Assembly (NCBI RefSeq): GCF_902459465.1
Contig: NC_047066.1
Location: 17,794,001-17,858,000, forward strand
DNA from: Asterias rubens
Taxonomy: Eukaryota
Direction: 5' to 3'
DNA length: 64,000 nt
Position numbers and translations under genes: made by a program. The notes under the pieces are model-generated. The model had not been told where the DNA came from. It did no database searches and was given only the letters and a program-made list of their open reading frames with translations. How positions within the stretch are numbered: the first letter of the stretch is position 1; each line of letters begins with the position of its first letter. Below, in pieces: positions 22,476-34,400 of this stretch.

Positions 22476-25400
22476 TATTATTATGCAGGCAACACTCGTC
22501 ATGGTCACCAGATTATCCTTTACTAAGATTTTGCTCTTACATTGGTGTGTGACAAGTAATGTGTTCTTAGTCCTGCAGGAAAAACAAATCCAGTGGCTAC
22601 TGAGGTGACATATGAACCCCCACCCCACATAGAGAGGATATCTTAACCACTAGAAACAGTAACTGGGAAAACTAGACGGGGTTGGCCATGGGAGAGTTGG
22701 CAAAGTTACATCATTGCTAACAGCACCTTCTACACGAAACACGAAACACCAAAGAGCGCAAGATGGAGAGTGAAAATCTGTCGTGTCCTTGGGAATATGG
22801 TTCCAAGATTGATTAATTGATTGATAGATTGATTGATAGCTTGATTGATTGATTGACTGACTATACTTGACTTACCTCAATGAGTCGTAAACACTCCCGT
22901 AGGTGAAGAGATAAGTCCTCAAACTCTCCTCCTGAATCTTCCTGTTATGTCAGAGAAATATGAACAACAAAATTTAACAACTCACTCCGCGGTAGTGCAG
23001 TTAATAATAATCCTTTAAGCTAAAGTAGTAGTTCCAGCCAATTTTCTATACCTTCCATCCAGGTCTAAGTTATAAAGCAGGACAGTTCTTTTCAGAACTG
23101 AGAAGTCTCCCAAACATCGGATAAATCTACTCTGTGGTAGTAGAATATAGCAAGACATTTCTCGAAAAAAAAAAAAACTCATGGCAAGTAGATACACACA
23201 TGGTGGAACCGCAACAAAATATATATTGATACCTCACCATGCAATGCCTCAAATCATATAGACAAGAGGTTGGAAACAAAAGACAAAATCAAAAGTAGGA
23301 AGAGAGAGAACAAGTACTAAATTACTAGGAAAATACTAGAGTTTTTCCCACCTTGTGATGAGATCACGAACATGGTCACTGTTTGGGAAGAGATTCCACA
23401 CCTTCCCATTCATCTTCTCATTCACCAAGAAATCTTTACACGCTTTCCAGTTGCCGTAGCGCATTGCGCGAGACGCGGCCACCACGTGCTCTCGCATACT
23501 CTCTGGGGGTCCTACTAGGGTCTGACGCTCACTCAGTCTCAGCTGATGATGGAAGCTTTTGCTGATCATGCGGCGACGGATGTCAAAGTTATGGGCTGTG
23601 CATAGGTATAGAAAAGATTTCTCAGATTAAATTGGGGAATGCCAATATTAACAAAAAGGTGAAAAAAATTTGGCAAGTACATGAACAAAAATAATTGGTT
23701 TGGAAATAACATTCCGAGGGTCGATATTAAGTGTACTTTCATGGTAGTCAGCAGGGCTAGAACTCAGAATTTTTAGTAGCCCTGATGAGATTTTGGTAGC
23801 CCAAAAAAAAACATTATCTCTTGAGTCACTGCAAAAATCGTTCACCAAAAGTATTTCATTTTACAATACCATCAGCACAGTTCATTATTGTTTGTGATGA
23901 TGATTTGTGCATTATTTTTTCACTAGCCTGTCGGGCTATCAAACTGGATAAATGAGTAGCCCTGTTGTAAATCTGGTAGTCCTAGGCTAGCGGGCTAGTG
24001 GCAATTTCGACCCCTGCATTAACACGTCTACAGACAATATTTCCACTGAGCCTTGGTTTGGTTACATCACAATGAATGGAAAATGGCTACATCTTGGTAC
24101 GTTAAATCTTACAGGCCATATATGGTATTTCCAACAGCATAGCAGACACTAGATAGACACATTCCAGTAGTTCTAGATTAATGTGCATATGAAATAATGA
24201 TATAAAATCTTACAGGCCATGTATGGGATCTCCAGCAGCATAGCAGACACTAGATAGACACATTCCAGTAGTTCTAGATTAATGTGCATATGGAACGGTA
24301 ACTGACGACTCTTCTCAATTTTCTCCTGGGTAGGATCTCGCTCCTGCTGCCTCTGCATCAATAGCCCCTGGAATATTCAATTCAACATGACATTTATTTC
24401 CATATTGCAAAATGTACATGTATACAAGCAATTTAAAAGAAGGTCTACTGAACAAAGATATATAAAGATCTACTAGAATAAAATTTATAGAAGACACAAT
24501 GAAACAGAGCGCCTGTCTGAAAAGGGTGCAACATGCTTGGACATTCCATTGTGAAGCGTGCACATTGCATGCACTTTCTGTGTTGTGCTTTGTTTGCCCT
24601 GTAACCAATAAGGCCACAGGGTACTGGACTCCATGCTTAAAATCTCCCTTTTTCCAGGGATGGTTATGTAATTACAGACCTTTTGTTTGACAAGTGAGGA
24701 TTACAAGAGATCGAGAGGCTGCCAGCATTGTAATTGTTATGGGAGGCAAGCCTAAGATAAGATTAAGATTCAGTCAAACAGCTTAGGCTTTGAGTCACCA
24801 AATGGTGTTGGATTTTCCTAGAGCGAGTAAGGGTCCTAACATATCATCCCAGGGAGCTGAAGCTCAGTAAAAATATAACTTTTAAACAATACTTTAAATC
24901 GAAAACTATCTGACAACCCTTTGCAATAATTTTTTTGATTTGACTCAACATTTAGTAGAATTATTAATCAGTTGAAAGGTTTGGGGTTCTATTCCAACCT
25001 GTGCAAGGAGCTCCTTGGCTCGACCACCGCTCTGGATATCCAGCAATGCATGATGGGCATCCTTGATGTTACCATGACGAAATGCGCACAGACCTAGTTG
25101 CACCATGGTCCGGTTGTATAAGATCTGGTGGAAATACAAAGTAGTGATGTGAATGGATAATATTCCGCATGTTGTGGCCGAGTGATCTAGTAAAATTAGT
25201 TTGTGTTCTGATAGCTACGCAATGAGAGTGTGAGTTTCGTTTCTCAGTTTTGTCACTTGTGTCCTTGAGCAAGTCATGAAAATTGCTTCTCGTCACCAAG
25301 GAGGTAAATGTGATGTGGAGGCAAATATAAAAATGTATTTGACTTAAGCTTGGTGTGCAACAGCTCTCGCAACACAGATATACATTATCATTATTAAATT

Positions 25401-28400
25401 ATTTCTCCGGCGATAAACGTGCCAGCGCTCTACCAACGGAGCTATCAAGCCATTTGTTATTTTGTCAATACCTTTGTTCGGGGTGCCAGTCAGAAGCCAT
25501 ACAACCATTAGCTGCTGTATAGCCAGGGATCATACCTTAGTTTTCGATACAACCTGGGAAGCAGCCAGGTAATCACATTAAGGGGATGCAATTTTTTATT
25601 TCAGAAATATGTTAACATCTGAAATAACAGGGAGACTGCCAATATAGGGCTAGATAGCTCAGTTGGTAGATGGCTTGCATGTTAATCCATAGGCCGTTGG
25701 TTCAAATCCCACTCTAGTCAGTTTTTCTTTGTTCACCCCAAATCATAAAATTAAAAAAAATTACCCAGTCAGTTTCCCTTGTGATTTATTTAGCTGTGTA
25801 GGAATATCAGAGTGTTGTATATTGGACTGGTCTAAAGTAAATAGTTAGTTTACCTGTGTAGGAATATCGGAGTGTTGTATATTGGACTATTGTATATTGG
25901 ACTGGTCTATATAAAATTGACTGTTTACCTGTGTAGGAATATCGGAGTGTTGTATATTGGACTGGAGGTGGGACATTAGCATGAGATCTCTAGCCATGTA
26001 CCAGCGATCATGGAGAGCATGGTGGTAGATGTGACACAGCATGCCTCGTGTACGGATCAGGTCAGTAGTGTCCTTAGAATAGATGAACTTGCACATGCGG
26101 TCCATTAACTCCCCTGTGGACTCTGTATTAGAACAAAAAGGTAATTATACATGTGTATGAAATCCACTATTATAAATGATTGTGATGCGTTCAAGCAAAA
26201 TGAGTTGGCTGTTGGCCCAGGTCCTTTTAATTTTTCTTAAACATTTGAACAGAGCATAATCTACGCTTTAATACTGTTAAAACCCTCTGCTGATACCACC
26301 TTTGGTTAAACACTTTTGAAAGTAGAAACACCAAGAGATGTGAGAATAAAATTGAGAAAAGGGGTTTAAAGTCAAGTTTTTTATCAAAAACACAAAGGCA
26401 CATTTTCTTAGAAGGATAATTGTAGCAATTTTTTACGTTATTTATCAGGCAGGAAGTTGCCAAATCAAAATACGATATATTTTGGAAATAACAATTCTTT
26501 TTTGAAAATTTCCCTCATGTTTTGGCTTGTTTCTCCATACTGATATTTACCACAAACGACGCTTTTATCTTGAATGCATCACACTTGGATTTCTGGACTA
26601 ATAATTACAGGGACAGCTCTTCCCAAGAAAATTGTCAGTTATAGAAATTTAAGTGTAAATGGTCAACAAAAACTTCATGGAAAAAACTTGTACACATCAA
26701 ATGAAGCTTCCCAAGAAAATTGTCAGTTATAGAAATTTAAGTGTAAATGGTCAACAAAAACTTCATGGAAAAAACTTGTACACATCAAATGAAGCTCATA
26801 AATTCATCCACTAACCTTCAGACTTCTCAACCTCCTCATTGTCCTTGGTCTCCTCCTTCGTCTCGGTTTCTTGTCCTTCTTCTTTCTTCTCTTCTTCTTT
26901 CTTCTCTTCTTCTTTCTTCTCTTCTTCCTCTTTCTTCTCCTCTACTTTCCTCTCCTCCGGGGATCCCTCTGTCTCCCTCTCACTCTCCTCGATGGTTCCT
27001 TTCTCTTCTTTAGTCTCGATGACTTCGCTGTTATCAACCGGAGACTCTGGGTCCTTCAACTCCCCCTTGCTCTCCTTCAAGATACGCTCTCTTCGTTCTT
27101 GTACTTGCTTCTCCAACTGCTGCAGCTTATTGTAGTCATACTGTGGGAACATTAATGGTTTTAATTAGTATTTACAAGGGATGAGATGGCATGAAAATGA
27201 TAAATCCTCAAAGTTGGATAGGTGAGGTTTGCAGTAGCACCATGTGTAAATCTTATTTGAGTAGTGATGTTTTTGTTAAGAACCGTTTGTAGACACCTGG
27301 TTACACAGCTTTCACTGGTTACATGGCTTATGACTGGCACTTCTGAACAAGGATCTTTACAAAATATGTTGGTTGAGAGCCAGCATGTTAACCCAGAGGT
27401 TGCAGGTTCAAGTCTCGCTCTGTTCAATTTTTCTCTGTTTCATTCCAAGTTATTTGAAATTTATAAACAGAACCTGTTAACTGAAAAAAAAAACCACCCC
27501 AAAACAAGAAACATGTAACTTCCAAAAAGGAAATGCCACACTCGAGGGAGTTTACCTTGTAGTAGATGTGGTTGATATAACGTATGTAGATGCGACAGAG
27601 ATCAGAAGGGCTCCCTCGCTCTTCTAGATATGACTGTAACTTGGTGATCAGACTTGTCACCTTTGTCTCATCCTTCAACCTGAGGTCAAAAGTAGAAGAA
27701 TTAAATAAGAAACATTTCCGAATTGAAGAAACTAGGCTGCCAGGTGGCAGCAGAGATGCAAGATCAATTTCCACTAAACCATTAAATCAAATCACTCATT
27801 CCGAGGACCTCATTCCAGAGAACCCTGCCATTCAAACCCAGTTTGTTTATTCTTTATCTTGTGGCATGTCGTGGCCAAACGGTCTAGTTCACTGGATCCA
27901 AGCTCAGGTTTTGTCAGCAGCAGAGTGTGAGTTTGATACTTGGTCCCGACACTTTTTCCCTTAAGCAAGGCACCTTACCATAGTTGCATAAAAGTTAGGA
28001 AGGTAGTGCTTTCGGCTCTACCAACCAGGCTCCTAGTGCATGATAACCAAGCCTACATCCTTACGGACTGTGAAGGGGCAACCCTGCTTCAGCCCAAGGA
28101 GTGAGTGGCAGTTGATTTGAGTTGATAACCCCAGTCAAATTAAGTGTAGTCCTCACCTTGAAGTGGACGTCAGGCCTTGTGATGTTAGGCGATCTCTCAA
28201 TTAAAAAACAAATCTGAAAAATCTTACCTATCTACAAATTCTGTTGAGTGAGCGTCGGCAGACTGGAGGATCTTAGTGAATTCTTTGTCCATACGTTCTA
28301 CTATGGTGAGAACACAGCCACGGATGCGATATGGCTTCTCCTGAAATACAAAGGCACAGTCAAAGTTGTTAATAGAAAAACAGTGTATGTTGATTTGACA

Positions 28401-31400
28401 ATGTTGTATTTAATACATGGGACCATGACAAAATTAGTCCACGACAATCTACAGATAACCACTGTCCGTGGCTGAGTGGATAAGAGCACCAGACTCAAGC
28501 TCTGCTGTTTCTGATCAGCAAAGGGTGGGTTCGACTCCCGGTCGTGACACTTGTGTCCTTTAGCAAAAAAAAATTAACCATTATTGCTGCGCCCTTCGTA
28601 TGGGACATAAGGCCAGTGGTCCGGTGTAATGCAATAAAAATTTGAATTGCCTCTAGCTACCGGGCAATCTCGGTGGTCTAGTTGGTATGACCTGCTCTAG
28701 AATCGCGAGGGTTGTGGGTTCGAATCCCACCTGAGTAGTATGCCTGTGATTTAGAGTTGGAGTGCTAACATACATCAGTGTATATAGGGTAAAAAACCCA
28801 GATTAATAAAAGAACCAAGTCTCGAAAAGAGCACGTTGTTAAAACCATCACATGGTGCTATGTAATGGAATAGGCCTCATACTTAGCTCCACAATTCCTT
28901 GCAAGAAAAATACTGAATATTGGAATGCCACGAGTGTCACTGAGGAATGGACTTATAACATACCCCATAAACTTCTGTATCTTCCTGCACGTTCTCATTG
29001 ATAGTAATATCTGGATTTGCGATGAGCAGATCCAACATCTCAGAAATGCTGTCCAGGCACCTGAAAGATTAAAGACATTTGAGCGGGTTAGTTTTTGCCA
29101 TAAACAAAATGTATAACCAGGGTGACAAACAGCGCTGACAAAAAACTCTAAACAAAGTTCCAACGTTACAGTATAAATGACGACACTTGCATCATATGGT
29201 AACCCAGTAATAGATTGTGAGAAGCTTTTGGTAACAATATCCTCTATTCTAGAGAAGCTGCTCAAAAAGTGTGATGTATTTCAATCTAGAGAAAGTTACA
29301 AATTATTCAAATTAAATTGCCAGAAACAAGGCTGATTTGAGCAGAAAACTTCCATTAAAACTTTCAAAAGCTATTTTTACAGATTCAAGAAAAGTTATAA
29401 AGCCACTAACAATTTTGCATGTTACATGTATTTTGGTTTGGGGTAAGCTTTTGCATAGGTACATACGTAGGACAAACACCCATACACATATCTCAATGAA
29501 ATGTGTGGCGAACAGGTACCAGACTAGGCCGATCTGGAGAATGCAATGCAAAGAATTTCCCCTCTTTTGACTATTAAAACTGTTTTACTATCTCTCATTT
29601 CATGCCTTAAATGTTGTATTTAAATTGTTAACCTTTGATGGACATGTACATGTTTTTATATATATAGTTATCTTTTATATTTACATAAATGGTTACATTT
29701 TTAACTCTACTTGTTTTACAACCAGATGTGGGGTGGTAGGTCTTTGGACCACAGTACTTACTCTGCTTTTGTTTCTCCGAGCCCATCTGGAAGTATATTT
29801 GTGTTGATTTGTATCATTGTGTTCGCCGAATAAAACAGAATAATAATAGTTTTGAAAAATAAATACATACTTTGCCCACATATCCGGCTTCATACATGTG
29901 GCTACATTAGGGTTGTAGTCATAGATAGCAGCAGTGATATTGAACAAGACTTTCATATCCATGGCTGGTCCCAAGTTGTGTTGGTCGGCGATCGTCCTCA
30001 GCTCACGAAGCAACTCAATTTGTTCCTTCCGATTGGTTCCTTTCTTGCCACGGGCAGACACGATCTCATTCAGCTTCTTGATGACCAGGGCGTGAGTGAT
30101 CTCTGTGTCCTTAGCAAACATCTTGGGCTTTTCCTGTGACGAAATACAGACTCATCAAAATATATGACTGTGTACTTCCATTGTATACCACGACGGTAAA
30201 TAAAAATACTAAGTGAACGATTGCCCTTGCCTAGCACAGCAAAATGCTACTGGAATAGAATCAGTTGCAACTCAAAAATCATCATTTGCTACTAAATATT
30301 CAGCATTCCATATGCACAAAACTTGTTCAGTCAAAACAGTTTGCTATGCAAGACTGTTGGATGAAATCATTCCCCAGTAGAAACCACTGGTATGAACCTA
30401 AATGCTCATCTAAAACTAAACACACGCTGGTAAACTGATTCCCCAAATTGGCATAACCAAGTATTGCTGTGGTAATAATGTCAGGTGTATAGCACGTCAC
30501 ACTTAAGGCCCAGTCACACTGCAGCGAATAATGATCACGACGCAAAGAGAATGCATTCTATTGGTTGAATTGCCCTAAGCAGAATACGCACACGCTCATT
30601 CAACCAATAGAATGCATTCTCTATTGCGTCGTTATCTTTATCGTTTTTGTTATCGCTACAGTGTGACTCTGCCTTAATGCTAAAAAAAGAAGCTAAGTAC
30701 CGGAAACTCAGACAAACAAGTAAAATTTCATAAGATTTATAGCAAATAGCAAAATATTAAAAGAGGGCGCTGTTGAACCCTTATGAAGATATAGGCCATG
30801 CGTGTGTACGTCGTGCATGACAACATACACTGCGGTAGCAAATGCCCCATCTACCTACCCGTAACGCATTGCGGTTTTGAATCGTGATAAACCTTATGTC
30901 CAGCCAATCTTTGGCAGAACCAACATGTTTACCACTACCCTTTCACGATGAGTGCATATGGTTCTTACTTGTGAGCTGGCCTAAAATCCATGTGTTTATT
31001 TTCATGGAAACGCAGACAGGCTCATGGATATCCGGCCCTCGACAATACACAGAACAAATCATGAAGAGATCTTTTTTGACATGCTAGTGAATTACTGACC
31101 TTGCTGAGGGGGATTCCACCTTTGACCTTCTCCCATCCTTCTTCTTCTTCATCATCATCTTCTTCTATTTTAGCTCTCCTCTCATCACGCTCCTTCCGGC
31201 GCTGGATTCGCTTCGTCAGAAACTTCTCCTCCTTCTCAGGGTTATTCCTTGAGGTTGAAATAAATCATCAATAGACATTCATTAGTAATTAGGGAATGAA
31301 TTGATGACAACCTCAAAATAATTTGTACAGATTGACCAATACTGGAAGCTCATTCTATTTTAAAGGGTGGCTGCAGTGTTTTTATTTTATTTATTTAAAC

Positions 31401-34400
31401 GATTAAACCTGAAATATTTTTAAATATTTTTTATTAAATGCGCAAGTATTTTAAAAATGGTTTCAAGAGATTAGGGGAACCCACCCCGCCCCTAAAAGGG
31501 AGCCTTCATTTGCATAAACGTGACGTCATGTCCGTAACCCGAGCCCCCTGGCTGTGTGCATATAGAGACGTGTGCACTGTGTGGCCTGGTACCTAGGCGC
31601 GTATAGTAATGGAACCAGACTCTTTTTGCTGACGATATGTTTGAATTCCCGACGTGACGTCGATGGTAGGGGGGCGGTAACAATCCACAAAAGGGGGGGG
31701 GGCATGACTTATTCACTAATTACGCAAGTCAGATAGGTCGGGATTAAACAAAACACATTTTATTGATGTTCAATACATATATCAGAAATAAATGACAACA
31801 AAATTAACTGTTTTATTTGAATTCACTGCATCATCCCTTTAAGTGACTTGGGTTTGAACAAAGAACAATTGACTGGAGTTGGACTTGAACCAACGACTTT
31901 CGGACTACCGTACCGGCGCTCTATCAACTGAGCTATCTATTGATGAATAGAAAATAAAAATACCATTTAGTGTTTGTTACTTCAATTCAATTCAATCCAA
32001 GTTCCAAATCCAAACAAATAAACAAAACAATTAGCAGTGAATAAAGAACTATGTTTTACAAGCAAATGGAATAATGATAATACACAAATAGATAAAGACT
32101 TCAAGATAAAGACTTTTTTATCACGAAAAAAACAAATAAAAATGTTTTGAATATTCAAGGATAAAATTACTACAATTGAGTTGAATTGAACTTACGATTT
32201 CAAGAAATAAGCTGCAGTGAGTCCTGCATAGCCAACTTCAGCTTCCGAGCTGGAACTCTCACTTTCACTGCTGTCATCCCAGAAACTGCTATCGCTATCA
32301 CTGTCGTCATCCTAAAATAACATACGATAGATACAGAAGAGTGATAGCAAATGGCTTAGAGAATACATGGGGTGCCCTCTATATCTATCACTGTTGCTAT
32401 TCTAAAATACCATTAGGAATAGAAGAGTTATAGCAAAGGCATAGAACGCTATCAATGTTGCTATTCTAAAATACCATTGGATATAAAAGAGTAATATCAA
32501 AGGTGTAGAATGACAAAAATAACAGGGTATCCTCTATTGCTATCACTGTTGCTATCCTAAAATACCATGAGATCTAGAATAATAAAAGCAAAGGCTTAGA
32601 ATGAAAAACACAATATGGTAACCTCTATTGCTATTACTGTTGATATTCTAAAATACCATTGGATATAGAAGAACAATAGCAAAGGCTTAGAATGAAAAAC
32701 ACAATAGAAAAGTGTTATATTTAGTTTGTTTTGTGCTTGAGTTAATATACTGGCCACACATAAACAACATTAATAAGTGAATCAATGTGCCTCAATATAT
32801 ATACAAAGGTTTTGAATTGAATTCTATTCATATATCTTGCAGCCAAAATGCCACATTACGTTAAAGATTAAACAAAGCAGTAAGGCATAAATATTTCTCC
32901 TCCGTGTATACTACAAGATACCTCAAAAACTCCTGATATGTTATGCACATAATGGTGAAGTAACCCATATCACAGTGTCAAACTTTCCTGTCATTGTATT
33001 TATATTATAAGTTATCACACAAGCGCGAGTGGAATACGAAAAGTTGGATATGGGACGCAGATGCGCTATATTTTCCGTATTTCCACGAGCGTGCATGTGA
33101 TAACGTATTTATCTTCAAGCAAACTTGGCGCGTAACCATAGAACACACAAGACGCATGGTAGTGATATTAGCAGTGCAATATAGGTTTTTATCACCACTC
33201 TCCATTCTGCGAATCTGATTGGAGGATTAGCGAGTACTTGAAGATAATAAACAATGGCATGCAAGTCTTGTAGGAGCTGAACTAAATAAATGCTTGGCCC
33301 CTTTTTTCAATGAGAAAAAACCAACAGTGTTTATGAACAAACAAATCTTTTAAGGAAAAATTCTGAAAAAACAACAATAAATCAGAGATAATTTAAATTA
33401 CCTCTCCCGTCTTCTTTGATGGTGTCCTCTTGGAACCCGGGATGCCCATACCACCCTCGTCATCTGACCCTGTAATATTTAAATAAAAACATCAAATACC
33501 AACAAAGCAAGGTTGCTTTTTCATCAATTTGAAACAATTTTGTTTTGGCCCGTTCTGGTTGGGGTTGTTGGCTGCAACTTAATCTAAAGTACATATAGAA
33601 ACTGTGGTTTACAGCAAAAATAATTATTATTATAAAATAATTGTTATTATAACAAGAAAAAAAAACCATTCGCATTGAGTAAGGGACTTTTTCATGAATT
33701 CTCCTTTAAATATCAACACATTAAAATGCATTGTTGGTTTTACACAAATGGTAAATAGTTTTTCATCATTTTAAGTGAAACCAGATGATACTGCTAAAAA
33801 GAAAAAGTCAAGTTACAAATCAGGTTAGGTTTGCGGGTAGCACCATGTGTAAATCTCAATGATTTGGTTAGTACGCTCTGATCGTCCATTCTCCTGAAGA
33901 CAATCAGAGCGTACTGATCGAACTGTTGAGTTGTCAATCACCGGTTCTTCTCAGAACCAACCTTACAAAAAATAGATTTACACATGGTGCTACTGCAAAC
34001 TGATTATACTCCCACCATGCATAGTTTGAAATCTTACTTAAAGGGAAGGTACACGTTTGGTAATTACTCAAAAGAAATATTAACTTAAAAACTGACTTGG
34101 TAACGAGCATTGGAGAGCTGTCGATAGTATAAAACATTGTGGGAAACAACTCCCTCTGAAGTAATGTAGTTTTTGAGAAAGAGGTAATTTCTCACTCCAG
34201 AAGTCTTTTATTCCTATCTGAAAGCACACAAATTCGTCCAACAAGGGTGTTTTTTTCTGTCATCATTTTCTCGCAACTTCGATGACCGATTGAGCCCAAA
34301 TTTTCACAGGCTTGTTATTTTATGCTTATGATGGGATACACTAAAGGAGAAGACTAATCTTTGAAAATTACTGAACATGTACAACAGAACAAGATTTCTT

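Noticed and set aside
25648-25720. True tRNA gene (and similar heads at 6690, 28670, 31870, 43880)
   Set aside because: D- and anticodon stems are mismatched, copies differ from each other, and all continue into shared repeat tails; these are SINE-like heads
26116-26130. METTL16-type UACAGAG motif at an eIF3c acceptor (and TACAGAAAG at about 61020, TACAGAAT at about 2925)
   Set aside because: Only partial matches to UACAGARAA, no evident enclosing hairpin, and many such 7-mers are expected by chance in 64 kb
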